The notes: generated by a model from the sequence alone, not told the origin. Positions 10,386 to 20,950 are shown, counted from the first letter of the stretch. The stretch is 64,000 nt of DNA from Actinomycetales bacterium (GCA_045807245.1 JBJMHS010000078.1:1-64000); one strand, 5' to 3'. Program-made: numbers and translations.

Positions 10386-10808
10386 ATGACAATGAAGGGC
10401 GATGAACATCGTTGCTATTCGTTTTCCAGCTGCGGAAAGCCCGCACCAGCGCACGTGCTACTGGCCCGTGATGGCACTCACGTGCTCATAGCAGGACATG
10501 ACGACTCAGCTGGCCGTGCCGATGCGAGAATCAGCGGCAGGCTGGCAGTTATTCGCGGGCATTGTTTAGGTATCGGCGCGCAGGGGCCGGGAACAGAGAA
10601 CGGAACGATAGTCGCGTGGCCTGAGGGTACCGAGGTCGAAGACAGCGACGTTCTCACCATCAAGCTCCCTACCGGCACTCAACTTCAACTCAATGATCCA
10701 GTCAGGGGCGGTGGAGGAGTTGTGACCAACGGGAACTCGGGTGGCCTGGTACCCCAGGTGCCAGCAGACTGCGGCAAAAGCCAGGCTGTTTTCCTCATAG
10801 ATTTCTAG
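10386..10808 (+). CDS. Hypothetical protein, possibly a lipoprotein remnant
   Basis: SSCG lipobox-like motif and CL...VAWPEGT...GGG pattern, but no hydrophobic signal upstream; lower-GC patch. Confidence 0.4.
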   Translation: MTMKGDEHRCYSFSSCGKPAPAHVLLARDGTHVLIAGHDDSAGRADARISGRLAVIRGHCLGIGAQGPGTENGTIVAWPEGTEVEDSDVLTIKLPTGTQLQLNDPVRGGGGVVTNGNSGGLVPQVPADCGKSQAVFLIDF

Positions 10809-10840
10809 GGAAGCCTGCGTAGCAGCGGGAGGGGCCAGGG

Positions 10841-11875
10841 TCAGCGGACGGAACGCGTTGAATGCCGCAAGATGAGGCGGGTCGGCAACGGCGTGTCCTC
10901 GGTGGCCGCGTCCGGTTCCTCGATGGCCACGAGCACCTTCTGCATGATCATCTCGCCGAGCAGGCCGAAGTCCTGGCGGACCGTGGTCAGCGGCGGGAAC
11001 AGATAGCCGGCCTCGGGCACGTCGTCGAAGCCCACGACACTGACATCCTCGGGGACCCGCAGCCCGCGCTCACGCAGTGCGGAGAGGATGCCGATGGCCA
11101 TGTGGTCGTTGCCGACGAAGACTGCGGTGCCCGCCTCGATGTCCAGCTGGGTCCCGATCTGGTGGCCGCTGGCGGCCGACCAGTTTCCGAATTCGGGGGA
11201 CGCGATCTCCAGTCGATGGCTCGCGAGCTCATCGCGCCACCCGCGGGCGCGCTCGATCGCGTCCAGGGCGTCCCGTGGCCCGGCGACGTGCAGGATGCGC
11301 TGGTGGCCGAGCTCGGCCAGGTGACGTACGGCGGACCGCGCACCGCGGTACTGGTCGATCGACACGACGAGCGGACTCCGGCGTGCGGTGGACGCAGCAG
11401 CCACGAGGGGCACCCGGATGTCCAGGCCGCGCACCAGCTCGAGTACGGCGACATCCCCGACGATCAGCACGATCGCCTCGACCCGTTGTCGCAGAAGGCT
11501 TTCGATCACCGCACGCGTGCCGGCCAGGTCATCCGACGGCGCGTTGAGCGACTGCACGTTGTATCGCGCAGTCCGCGCAGCGAAGCTGAAATGTGTGGCG
11601 ATGGAGGTCGGGCCGTAGTCGGGGACGCCAGGGGTCACCAGGCCGATGGTGCGCGTGCGCCGGGTCACCAGCGCCCGCGCCGCCGGGGACGGGCTGTAGT
11701 GCAGCTGCGCGATGGCCTGCTCGACGCGCGCTCGCGTCGCCGGCCGGACGTTGGGCAGGTCGTTGATCACCCGCGAGACGGTCTGGTGCGAGACGCCCGC
11801 GAGGCGGGCCACGTCGAAGATGTTCGCGGTCCGGCTGGGCGCACCTTTACCTCCTGCCGGCTGCGCCTCACTCAT
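10841..11875 (-). CDS. LacI-family transcriptional regulator
   Basis: NIFDVARLAGVSHQTVSRVIN HTH; VPEDVSVVGFDD, PPLTTVRQD. Confidence 0.95.
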   Translation of the reverse strand: MSEAQPAGGKGAPSRTANIFDVARLAGVSHQTVSRVINDLPNVRPATRARVEQAIAQLHYSPSPAARALVTRRTRTIGLVTPGVPDYGPTSIATHFSFAARTARYNVQSLNAPSDDLAGTRAVIESLLRQRVEAIVLIVGDVAVLELVRGLDIRVPLVAAASTARRSPLVVSIDQYRGARSAVRHLAELGHQRILHVAGPRDALDAIERARGWRDELASHRLEIASPEFGNWSAASGHQIGTQLDIEAGTAVFVGNDHMAIGILSALRERGLRVPEDVSVVGFDDVPEAGYLFPPLTTVRQDFGLLGEMIMQKVLVAIEEPDAATEDTPLPTRLILRHSTRSVR

Positions 11876-13406
11876 CGAAGTCGTCCGGTCTGGCCACCAG
11901 AGCCGTCAGTGAGTCGACCGTCATCTCGTCCGACGACGCGATGTCGAGGATCCGGCCGCCGAGGACGATGGCGACCCGTTGGGAGACGCGGAGCACCTCT
12001 TCGAGCTCGGCCGAGATGAACACGACCGACAGCCCGTTGTCGGCGAGCTCACCGACGAGGTTCTGGACCTGGACCTTGGCGCCGACGTCGATCCCCCGCG
12101 TCGGTTCGTCCAGCACGAGCGCGCGGGGCGCCAGCGCGAGCAACCGGGCGAGCAGGACCTTCTGCTGGTTCCCGCCGGACAGTGTCCCCGCCGGGCGCTC
12201 GATGTCGCCGGGCCGGATGTCCAATGCGTCGACCCAGCTGAGGGCCAGCTCCCGTTGCTGGGCGGGGCGTAACCGGCGCAGCATGCCGCGCTCGGCCTGG
12301 AGCGCGAGAGTGATGTTCTCGCGGACGCTCAGCGCGCTGATGATGCCCTCGGCCCGGCGGTTCTCCGAGGAGTAGACGACACCGAGGTTGATCGCGGCCC
12401 GCGGGCCGTTCAGGGACGCCGGTCGCCCCTGGATCCGGATGACACCTGAGTCGATCCGCTCCAGACCGGTGAGAGCGCGAGCCAGCTCGGTGCGCCCGGA
12501 GCCCAGCAGGCCGGCGACGCCGAGCACCTCGCCCTCCACCAGGTCGACGTCGGCATTCTGGATGCCGGACTGGACGGAGACCCCACGAGCGCTCAGGTAC
12601 GCCGGCTTGGCCTCCTCAGCCGCGACGTACAGACGTGGCCTCGCCCGCAACGCTGCCGCACTTCGCCCGAGCATGGCCTGCACCAGGTCGATGCGCAGCA
12701 GCTCCTTGGTCAGGTACTCGCCGACCAGACGACCGTCCCGCAGGACCGTGACCCGGTCGCTGATCTCGTAGACCTGGTCGAGGAAGTGCGACACGAACAA
12801 GATCGCGACACCGCGCTGTTTGAGGTCGCGGATGACACGGAACAGCTCGGCGCACTCGTCGGAGTCCAGGCTCGAGGTCGGCTCGTCCAGGATCAGGACC
12901 TTGACGTCGGTCGAGATGGCCCGGGCGATCGCGACGAGCTGCTGGACCGCGAGCGAGTGGCGCCCGAGCGGTGCGGCCGGGTCGATCCGCAGGCCGAGGT
13001 CACCGAGCACGGCGACGGCCTGAGCCCGCATCCGGGCCCAGTCGACCAGTCCAACGCGCCGGGGCTCGCGGCCGAGCGCGATGTTCTCCGCGACCGAGAC
13101 GTTCGGCAGCAGGTCGATCTCCTGGTAGACCGAGCTGACACCGGCCGCCTGGGCCTCGTGCGGTGAGGTGAAGCTGACCTCGCGTCCGTCCAGGTGCAGG
13201 ACGCCCGCCGATAGTGGGAGCGCACCGCTGATCGCCTTGATCAGGGTCGACTTGCCCGCACCGTTCTCGCCCATGAGCGAGTGGACCTCGCCGGGGAAGA
13301 GGCGGAAGTCCACGCCGTCCAGCGCCGCGTCCGCGCCGAAGAGCACGGTCGCTCCATGGAGCTCCAGGAGCGGCTGCGGGTGCACCGAGCCATTCTGGCC
13401 GGTCAC
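11868..13406 (-). CDS. Sugar ABC transporter ATP-binding protein (second copy, two ABC domains)
   Basis: GENGAGKST, LDEPTSSL, LSGGNQQK, DEPTRGIDVGAK. Confidence 0.92.
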   Translation of the reverse strand: MTGQNGSVHPQPLLELHGATVLFGADAALDGVDFRLFPGEVHSLMGENGAGKSTLIKAISGALPLSAGVLHLDGREVSFTSPHEAQAAGVSSVYQEIDLLPNVSVAENIALGREPRRVGLVDWARMRAQAVAVLGDLGLRIDPAAPLGRHSLAVQQLVAIARAISTDVKVLILDEPTSSLDSDECAELFRVIRDLKQRGVAILFVSHFLDQVYEISDRVTVLRDGRLVGEYLTKELLRIDLVQAMLGRSAAALRARPRLYVAAEEAKPAYLSARGVSVQSGIQNADVDLVEGEVLGVAGLLGSGRTELARALTGLERIDSGVIRIQGRPASLNGPRAAINLGVVYSSENRRAEGIISALSVRENITLALQAERGMLRRLRPAQQRELALSWVDALDIRPGDIERPAGTLSGGNQQKVLLARLLALAPRALVLDEPTRGIDVGAKVQVQNLVGELADNGLSVVFISAELEEVLRVSQRVAIVLGGRILDIASSDEMTVDSLTALVARPDDFDE

Positions 13407-13413
13407 GGCATGC

Positions 13414-14433
13414 TTATCGTCGACGTTCCGATCGGAATACGATCACGCGCTGCACCGCGATGAAGACCAGCAGGAGCAGACCGATGATGATCCGCGTCCA
13501 CGACTGCTCGGCACCCTCGAACGAGATCATCGTCTTGATCGTCCCGTAGACGAAGACTCCGATCATCGAGCCCAGCACGTAGCCGGTGCCGCCCGACAAA
13601 AGCGTTCCGCCGATCACGACCGCGGCGATGACGTCGAGCTCGGTGCCGATGCCGTTACGTGGGTAACCTGCCCCGGAGTACGCCGTGAGCACCAGCCCCG
13701 CCAGCCCGCCGCACGTGCCGCTGATGACGTAGACGAGCACCTTCGTGCGGGCGACGTTCAGGCCCATCAGCCGAGCCGACTGCTCGTTGCCGCCCACCGC
13801 GTAGACGGTGCGCCCGAACCGGGTGAACAGCATCACGAAGGCGCCGACCAGGACGACGACGAGGGCCAGGATGCCGGTCGGCGTGATGTACCAGAGCCCG
13901 AGCTGGAACCGCCTGGACTGCAGCCAGAGGATGCCGGAGTGCTCGATCCGGATCGAGTCGAGACTGATGACGTAGGCGAGCCCGCGGGCCAGGAAGAGGC
14001 CGGCCAGCGAGGCGATGAACGGCTGGACGTCGAAGTACTGGACCAGGACACCGATGACCAGCCCGACGGCCGCCCCGACCGCAATGGTGACCGGGACGGC
14101 GAGCAGAGGCGAGACGCCCGTACTGAGCAGCTTCGCGCAGACGATGCCGGTCAGCGCCAGCACCGACCCGACCGACAGGTCGATGCCGCCGGTGACGATG
14201 ACGAAGGTCATGCCCACAGCCAGGATGAGCAGGAACGCGTTGTCCAGCAACAGAGCCGACATGTTCAACGGCGTCACGAAGTTGCCGAAGTAGATCTGCG
14301 CGCCGACCAGGAGAGTGACGAAGATCGCCACGGCAGCGACAGTGGGCATGAGCGCGGCCCGCCGGGTGAGCACAGAGCGCAGGGTCGAACGGAACGCAGG
14401 AGCTGTGCGGTCGGCGACCGCGATCGGGCTCAT
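13414..14433 (-). CDS. yjfF: Sugar ABC permease, YjfF-like
   Basis: GGIDLSVGS, TRFGRTVYAVGGNE, ELDVIAAVVIGGTLLSGG. Confidence 0.8.
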   Translation of the reverse strand: MSPIAVADRTAPAFRSTLRSVLTRRAALMPTVAAVAIFVTLLVGAQIYFGNFVTPLNMSALLLDNAFLLILAVGMTFVIVTGGIDLSVGSVLALTGIVCAKLLSTGVSPLLAVPVTIAVGAAVGLVIGVLVQYFDVQPFIASLAGLFLARGLAYVISLDSIRIEHSGILWLQSRRFQLGLWYITPTGILALVVVLVGAFVMLFTRFGRTVYAVGGNEQSARLMGLNVARTKVLVYVISGTCGGLAGLVLTAYSGAGYPRNGIGTELDVIAAVVIGGTLLSGGTGYVLGSMIGVFVYGTIKTMISFEGAEQSWTRIIIGLLLLVFIAVQRVIVFRSERRR

Positions 14434-15479
14434 ACGGCGACCTTCTCGGCTTCAGCAGGGACCGGCGATCCGCCAGTCGGTTTGTGCTGCACCAGGTTCC
14501 GCGTCACGCGGTGCACCCGGGGCGACTGAATCAGTACGACGAGGATCACCACGACGGCGAAGAACACCGGGGCCTCGGCCGAGGGCACGCCGAAGAAGAG
14601 GATGGTCGAGTTCAGGGTCTGGATCAGGAGCACGCCGATCACCGTCCCGGCGATGCTGAACTTGCCGCCCAGGAGCGAGGTGCCCCCGAGTACGACGGCC
14701 AGGATCGCGTAGAGCTCGATCAGCTCGCCGGCGGCGTTCGCGTCGGCCGCCATGATGTTCGAGCTGTAGATCAGGCCGGCCACCCCGGCCAGCGTGGCGC
14801 TGACGACGTACGCGCCCATCACGATTCCCATCGAGCGGACCCCGGCCAGGCGGCTGGCCTCGGGGTTGATGCCGACCGCCTCGGTGAGCATGCCGAGCGC
14901 CGTGCGCCGCTCGAGCAGCGCAACCACCGCGATGACCGCCATCGAGATGATGAACGCGAAGGGCAGCCAGAAGAGGTAGCCGCTCGCCACGTACTTCAGC
15001 GGCGGGCTGGTGACCGTGGTGATGAAGCCGCCCGTGATCAAGAGGGCGACGCCGCGGCCGGCCAGCATCAGGACCAGGGTCGCGATGATCGGCTGGATCT
15101 TCACCACCGCCACGAGGAACCCGTTCCACACCCCCAGCAGGATGGCCAGCCCGATGCTGGCCGCCATCGCCACCAGGACGGTGCTCACACTGCCCGGGCT
15201 GCCGGAGTCGGCGATAATCGTCAGGCTGACGGCGCCGGAGATGGCCATGACGGCACCGACCGACAGGTCGATACCGCGGGTGGCGATCACCAGCGTCATG
15301 CCGAGCGCGACCAGCATCAGCGGCGCGCTCTGGCGAAGGATGTCGATCGGGGCGCCGTACAGCTCGCCGTCCCGCACCGTCACCTTGATGAACTGCGGTC
15401 GGGCCACGGTGTTGAGCACGACCAGAGCGAGCAGGCAGAAGGCCGGCCAGAACAGCCGGTGCTTCACGATTCGCGTCAC
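14430..15479 (-). CDS. ytfT: Sugar ABC permease, YtfT-like
   Basis: GMTLVIATRGIDLSVGA, IQPIIATLVLMLAGRG; GTGA overlap with the upstream ATPase. Confidence 0.8.
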   Translation of the reverse strand: MTRIVKHRLFWPAFCLLALVVLNTVARPQFIKVTVRDGELYGAPIDILRQSAPLMLVALGMTLVIATRGIDLSVGAVMAISGAVSLTIIADSGSPGSVSTVLVAMAASIGLAILLGVWNGFLVAVVKIQPIIATLVLMLAGRGVALLITGGFITTVTSPPLKYVASGYLFWLPFAFIISMAVIAVVALLERRTALGMLTEAVGINPEASRLAGVRSMGIVMGAYVVSATLAGVAGLIYSSNIMAADANAAGELIELYAILAVVLGGTSLLGGKFSIAGTVIGVLLIQTLNSTILFFGVPSAEAPVFFAVVVILVVLIQSPRVHRVTRNLVQHKPTGGSPVPAEAEKVAV

Positions 15480-17011
15480 GTCAGGCTCCCTTGGCCCTCG
15501 TTGGCCATGAAGTTGATGAGTCCCTCGACGTCGGTGTCGCTGGAGTCGAGCCGGCCGATCTGCCGTCGGTCGCGCATGACCACGATGCGCTGGGCCAATC
15601 GAAGCACCTCCTCGAGCTCGGAGGAGATGAACACGACAGCGAGTCCCTCCCGAGCGAGGTCGGCCACCTTGCGCTGGATGTCGGCCTTGGCGCCGACGTC
15701 GATGCCGCGGGTCGGCTCGTCGAGGATGATCAGCTGCGGAGCGGTCGCCAGCCACCGGGCCAGCACGACCTTCTGCTGGTTGCCCCCCGAGAGGTTGCCG
15801 GCCAGCATCTCGGGGTCGGCCGGGCGCACCCCCAGGCTCGCCATGTAGTCGCCGACGACGGCATCCTGCTCGGCCCGGCGGACCCGGCGCAGCCAACCGC
15901 GCCGGGCCTGCACGCCCAGGATGATGTTCTCGGCCACGGTCAGGCCGGCCACGATGCCCTCGTCCCGGCGGTCCTCGGAGGAGAACGCGATCCGTTGCTC
16001 GACAGCGTGTCTCGGCGACGACAGCTTGACCGGCGCCCCGTTGATCTCGACCTGCCCGCGGTCGGCGCGGTCGGCACCATAGAGCAGCCGGACCAGCTCG
16101 GTCCGGCCCGACCCGAGCAGCCCGGCCACCCCGACGACCTCACCGGGGTACACGTCCAGGTCGGTCTCCTCGAGGACACCTCGACGAGCGATGCCGGTCG
16201 CGCGCAGAGTCGGCGCGCCGGTCCGGTCGACCGTGCGCTCGGCGCTCTCCGAGATGGCCTCCAGCTCGGTCATCTCGCGGCCGATCATCTTGCTGACCAG
16301 CTCGGCCCGCGGCAGGTCGGCGGCGCGGTACTCACCGACGAGCTGCCCGTTGCGCAGCACCGTGATGCGATCGGCGATCTCGTAGACCTGGTCGAGGAAG
16401 TGGCTCACGAACAGGATCGCGACCCTCCGGCCCCGCAGTCCGCGTACGACGGCGAAGAGGCGCTCGACCTCCTCCCGGTCCAGGCTGGAGGTGGGCTCGT
16501 CGAGGATCAGCACGCGCGCGTCCAGCACCATGGCCCGGCTGATCGCGACCAGCTGCTGGACCGCGATCGAGTGGCTCGACAGCAGCGACTGGGTGTCGAG
16601 CTGCAGGCCGAGGTTCGCGAGGTGACGCGCCGCCTCGGCATGCACTGCTTTCCAGTCGATCCGACGCGCCGAGCGTGGCTCGTGACCCAGCATGACGTTC
16701 TCGCCGACCGAGAGGTTCGGGCAGAGGTTGACCTCCTGGTAGACCGTGGAGATGCCGGAGGCCTGGGCGTCACCGGTGCTCGCGAACACGCGCTCCTGCC
16801 CGGAGACCGTGATCGAGCCGGCCTCGAGCTGGTAGACCCCCGTGAGCGCTTTGATCAGGGTGGACTTGCCCGCGCCGTTCTCACCCATCAGGGTGTGGAC
16901 CTCGCCGGCCCGGAGGGCGAAGTCGACGTTGTCCAGAGCCAGGACGCCCGGGAACCGGACCGTGATGGCCCGCATCTGGACGACCGGCGCGTCCTCGGCG
17001 TGTGCTGGCAT
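15476..17011 (-). CDS. ytfR: Sugar ABC transporter ATP-binding protein, YtfR-like
   Basis: GENGAGKST, ISTVYQEVNL, LSGGNQQK. Confidence 0.85.
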   Translation of the reverse strand: MPAHAEDAPVVQMRAITVRFPGVLALDNVDFALRAGEVHTLMGENGAGKSTLIKALTGVYQLEAGSITVSGQERVFASTGDAQASGISTVYQEVNLCPNLSVGENVMLGHEPRSARRIDWKAVHAEAARHLANLGLQLDTQSLLSSHSIAVQQLVAISRAMVLDARVLILDEPTSSLDREEVERLFAVVRGLRGRRVAILFVSHFLDQVYEIADRITVLRNGQLVGEYRAADLPRAELVSKMIGREMTELEAISESAERTVDRTGAPTLRATGIARRGVLEETDLDVYPGEVVGVAGLLGSGRTELVRLLYGADRADRGQVEINGAPVKLSSPRHAVEQRIAFSSEDRRDEGIVAGLTVAENIILGVQARRGWLRRVRRAEQDAVVGDYMASLGVRPADPEMLAGNLSGGNQQKVVLARWLATAPQLIILDEPTRGIDVGAKADIQRKVADLAREGLAVVFISSELEEVLRLAQRIVVMRDRRQIGRLDSSDTDVEGLINFMANEGQGSLT

Positions 17012-17120
17012 GGCCTACGCGCGTCCTTTCGACGTGTCGACTGCGCCGGAGACGGTCCGTGGACCGCCTCCGGCGCAGCTGTTCAGCACGGCAGTTGGCC
17101 AGTACTCGCGGATCGAAGGA

Positions 17121-18104
17121 TCAGTACGGACGGGTCGGCAGAGCCGCCGTCGCCTGCTCCTTGGTGAACGACGCGTCCTGCGCGAAGTTCTTCTTCTCGA
17201 CGCTCTGACCGGCCACGACCTTCTTGACCAGCGCGGCTGCACTGTCGCCGAGCAAGGGGTTGCACTCGACGATGTAGTTGATCTTCCCGTCGATCAGAGC
17301 CTGCAGGCCGTCGTGAACGGCGTCGATCGAGACGATCTGGATGTCCGTGCCCGGCTTGCCACCTGCGGCCTCGATCGCCTCGATAGCCCCGAGCGCCATG
17401 TCGTCGTTGTGCGCGAACACCAGGTTGATGCCGCCGACGCCGTACTTCTGGAGGAAGCCCTCCATCACCTTCTTGCCGCCGTCCCGGGTGAAGTCACCGG
17501 TCTGGGAGGCGATGGTCTTGATCTGGGTGCCCGCGATGGCCGAGGTGAAGCCGGCGGCCCGGTCGTTGGCCGGAGCCGAGCCGGTCGTGCCCTCGAGCAC
17601 CACCATCTTGGTCGGCTTGCTGCCGAACTGGTCGGCCGCCCACTTCCCAGCGGTCTCGCCTTCCTTCTTGAAGTCGTCGCCCACCCAGCTGGCGAACAAG
17701 CTGTCTGGTGAGGACACCGTGCGGTCCTCGAGCACGACCGGGATCTTGGCTTTCTGCGCCTCGTTCAGGACGTCGTCCCAGCCGTCGCTGACGATGGGGG
17801 CGATGACGATCGCCTTCACGCCCTGACTGATGAAGCTGCGGACCGCAGCGATCTGGGCCGCCGGGTCGTTGTCGGCGGCGTTGAAGACGAGGTCGAAGCC
17901 GTTCTCCTTGGAGAAGGCCTTCTTCATGTTCGCTGTGTTGGCCGCCCGCCAGCCCGACTCCGAGCCGGTCTGGGCGAACCCGACCTTGATCAGCCCGCCG
18001 CCGCCGCCCGCCTGCCCGCCACCGCCTGAAGAGCTACCGCAACCTGCTGCCAGCATCGCCAGGGCACCCGCTGTGGCGACACCCATGAGGAACTTCTTCT
18101 TCAC
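17121..18104 (-). CDS. ytfQ: Sugar ABC substrate-binding lipoprotein, YtfQ-like (galactofuranose/arabinose type)
   Basis: Lipobox AAGC; VGFAQTGSESGWRAANT, HNDDMALGA, VECNPLLG; RBS AGGAGG. Confidence 0.85.
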   Translation of the reverse strand: MKKKFLMGVATAGALAMLAAGCGSSSGGGGQAGGGGGLIKVGFAQTGSESGWRAANTANMKKAFSKENGFDLVFNAADNDPAAQIAAVRSFISQGVKAIVIAPIVSDGWDDVLNEAQKAKIPVVLEDRTVSSPDSLFASWVGDDFKKEGETAGKWAADQFGSKPTKMVVLEGTTGSAPANDRAAGFTSAIAGTQIKTIASQTGDFTRDGGKKVMEGFLQKYGVGGINLVFAHNDDMALGAIEAIEAAGGKPGTDIQIVSIDAVHDGLQALIDGKINYIVECNPLLGDSAAALVKKVVAGQSVEKKNFAQDASFTKEQATAALPTRPY

Positions 18105-18169
18105 GCCCGACCTCCTCGATCTGGGCCGGCCACGTCGCCAGCACCGGGGACTGCCCCTCTGTGCGCTGG

Positions 18170-18216
18170 ATGTTAGCCCTAACATTTCGCGGATCGGAAG
18201 CGTGTTAGCGATAACA
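18170..18216. promoter_or_regulatory. Two LacI-type operators
   Basis: ATGTTAGCCCTAACAT (18170-18185) and TGTTAGCGATAACA (18203-18216) upstream of the sugar operon. Confidence 0.8.
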
Positions 18217-18461
18217 TCTTGGTAACACGCCCGTCACCAGCACGAGCGGATCTGGCCGGATCGGCAGCGCCTCGCCACGGGCGACGGCCTAGAGTGAGCG
18301 ATCACACCGAGCCGTACGGCCAACGCCTGGCGGGTCAGCTTCTACGGAAGTCCTTGCCCACGTCGGGACGTAACCACGCGCGAGTCGTGGTTCGTCGTCT
18401 GGCATCAAGAACCGTCGGCGACCAGCGACCACGAGCGTCTCGGGCCGCTGCAGAGCAGTGC

Positions 18462-18929
18462 CTAGGCGTCATTGGCGTGGATCTCATCGAGCAGCGGGCC
18501 GACCCGTTCGAGGACGTGGCGCACGGTCGCGTAGCGGGCCTTCCCGAACTCGGCGGTGAACTTCTGCTCCAGGTCGAGGATGTGCCCGAAGCCTTCGCGA
18601 GCCTGCGCGAGGCCCTTGTCGGTGTAGCTGACCAGCTTGGCCCGCCGGTCGTCCGGATCCGGTCGCATCTCGACGAGCCCGAGCTCGACCATCTCGCGGA
18701 TGACCTCGCCCATCGACTGGCGGGTGATCCCGGCCTGCGCGGCCATCTCGACCGCTCGGTTGCCAACGGCGTCGAGCGTCGCGAACACGTAGTTGAACGA
18801 TGGCTTGATCTCGGTGTAACCGGCTTGGTGCGCCTGGCGCACCATGTCGTTCTGCAGCGCCCGGTTGGCGCGGTGCACCAACGCGATCAGCGGGACGAAG
18901 TCGGGGTCCGGCGGCGGGGCGGTTGACAT
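18462..18929 (-). CDS. MarR-family transcriptional regulator
   Basis: EMAAQAGITRQSMGEVIREMVELGLV...PDPDDRRAKLVSYTDKG. Confidence 0.92.
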   Translation of the reverse strand: MSTAPPPDPDFVPLIALVHRANRALQNDMVRQAHQAGYTEIKPSFNYVFATLDAVGNRAVEMAAQAGITRQSMGEVIREMVELGLVEMRPDPDDRRAKLVSYTDKGLAQAREGFGHILDLEQKFTAEFGKARYATVRHVLERVGPLLDEIHANDA

Positions 18930-18931
18930 TC

Positions 18932-18968
18932 GTAAGGTTTCCTTCCATGATTCGACAGGCATCCTTAC
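18932..18968. promoter_or_regulatory. Tandem imperfect palindromes GTAAGG-N3-CCTTAC, putative MarR operators
   Basis: GTAAGGTTTCCTTCC (18932-18946) and GACAGGCATCCTTAC (18954-18968) in the 55-bp divergent gap. Confidence 0.6.
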
Positions 18969-18984
18969 ATTATCAGGAGTCACC

Positions 18985-19971
18985 ATGGACACCGAGCAGC
19001 TCCGGCGGCACGTCGTCTCGCTGTTCCTGCGCGCGCCCGTGCCGAGCACCCGGGTGGGAATCGAGCACGAGCTGCTCGCCGCCGACAGCAAGACCGGCGA
19101 CGCCGTGGCGGTCGGTCGCATCCACCAGGCGACGCGACACGCGGCGTACGCCTCGCACCTCACCTTCGAGCCCGGTGGACAGGTGGAGCTGAGCATCCCG
19201 TGCGCCAGGACGGGGGACGCTGCGGCGCGGCAGCTCGCCGCCGAGCTCGCGGTGCTCCGGGGCGACTGTGCCGCCGCCGGCGTGCGGCTGCACGCGGTCC
19301 CGGTCGACCGGCGACCGGCCGACGCGCTGCCGCTTCAGCTGACCACGCCGCGGTACGTCGCGATGCAGGCCCACTTCGACACGATCGGGCCGGCCGGGCG
19401 GAGGATGATGCGCGCCACGGCGTCGACCCAGGTGTGCCTGGACTGGTGGCCGGGGTCCGCCGGCCGCGAGCAGTGGCGCCTGCTCAACCTCGCCGGGCCG
19501 TTCCTGGCCGCCGCGTTCGCGCGGGGCGCCGGGGCGGAGTCGCGGCTGGCGACCTGGCTGGCCGTCGACCCGGGCCGGACGGCGTTCGACGACCGGCTTC
19601 TGCACGGCGACGACCCCGTCGCCGCCTACACGGCCTTCGCCGCCGCTGCCCGGGTGTTCACCGCTCCGGACGACGTCGAGGACCACCTGACCACATTGTT
19701 CCCGCCGATCCGTCCACGAGGGCGCTACCTGGAGGTGCGGTTCCTCGACGTCCAGCACACGTCCGACGTGGCGACGGTCGTTGCGGCACTCACCGCCCTC
19801 ATGTACGACGACGAGCTCCGTCGGCGGACGCTCCAGCGGCTCGAGCCGGCAGTCGACCAGCTCGCGCAGCAGTGGCACGCAGCGGCCGAGGGCACGGCCG
19901 ACCTGCGCGCGTTGGGCCTCGCTCTGGTCGACGACGCGCTGTCCGCTGCTGGCGCCTGGCGGGCGGCATGA
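18985..19971 (+). CDS. gshA: Glutamate-cysteine ligase (GCS2 family)
   Basis: VGIEHE, TFEPGGQVELS, PRYVAM, MMRATASTQVCLD, HLTTLFPPIRPRGRYLEVRFLD. Confidence 0.82.
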   Translation: MDTEQLRRHVVSLFLRAPVPSTRVGIEHELLAADSKTGDAVAVGRIHQATRHAAYASHLTFEPGGQVELSIPCARTGDAAARQLAAELAVLRGDCAAAGVRLHAVPVDRRPADALPLQLTTPRYVAMQAHFDTIGPAGRRMMRATASTQVCLDWWPGSAGREQWRLLNLAGPFLAAAFARGAGAESRLATWLAVDPGRTAFDDRLLHGDDPVAAYTAFAAAARVFTAPDDVEDHLTTLFPPIRPRGRYLEVRFLDVQHTSDVATVVAALTALMYDDELRRRTLQRLEPAVDQLAQQWHAAAEGTADLRALGLALVDDALSAAGAWRAA

Positions 19972-20950
19972 ACGTCCTCTTCATCACTGACCCGCTCGGC
20001 GGTCTGGACGCCGGGGTCGATGCGACGGTCGGCCTGATGACCGCCGCCCAGGCGCTTGGTGCCGACGTGTGGGCGTGCTGTCCAGAGCAGCTGGGCGTGG
20101 TCGACGGACGGGTGCGCGCCCAGGCTCGCAGGGTCACCGTCCGGCCGGCGCGACGCAACGGTGACCATCGCTGGCTGGTCGAGCCGGTCTGGTGGGACGA
20201 GACCGAGGCGCGCAGGCTGGACGTCACGGCCGAGATCGACCTGGTCCAGCTGCGCATCGACCCGCCGGTCGACGCCCGGTACCTGCACACGACGTACCTG
20301 CTCGATCTGGTCGACGCGGCGAATGTGCGGGTGGTCAACCGCCCCCAGGGCATCCGGGCCCTGCACGAGAAGCTGGGCGCGCTCGCCTTTCCCGAGCTGT
20401 GCCCGGAGACCGTCGTGAGCGCCGATCCGCGCACGGTGCGCGAGTTCGTGGCCGGCGTCGGCACTGCGGTCATCAAGCCGGTGGACGGTTCGCCGGCATG
20501 GACGTCTGGCTGGTCCGCGACGACGCCGGCGCCACCGCGCTGATCGAGTCGGCCACCGCCTCCGGTCGGCGGCACGTCGTCGCCCAGCGCTACCTGACCG
20601 ATGTCGCCCGGGGCAACAAGCGGCTGTTCGTCCTCGACGGCGAGATCGTCGGGACAGTGTTGCGGCGCCCGGCCGACGACGACTTCCGGATCGGCCCGCC
20701 GATCGAAGCCGTCGATGCCGACGCCGACGACCACCGCATCGTCGACACGCTCCGACCGGTCCTGTCCAGGCACGGCATCGCCCTTGCGGCCATCGACGTC
20801 ATCGCCGGGCGGCTGATCGAAGTGAACGTGACCTGCCCCGGCGGCATCCACAAGACCGATGCCCTGCTGGGCACCGATCTCAGCGGCGCGATCATGCGTC
20901 GCTTCCTCCACCACGAAGCCCCCCTCACGAATGGCAAGGTCCCGGCATGA
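19968..20950 (+). pseudogene. gshB: Glutathione synthetase (ATP-grasp) with a 1-nt frameshift near 20489
   Basis: Frame 1: MNVLFITDPL...RIDPPVD..YLHTTYLL..VVNRPQGIRALHEKL..IKPVDG; continues in another frame as FAGMDV...QRYL..GNKRLF..IEVNVTCPGG. Confidence 0.85.

Noticed and set aside
18985..19971. Ergothioneine egtA operon
   Set aside because: No egtB/C/D neighbours; the coupled genes are gshB and MAPEG
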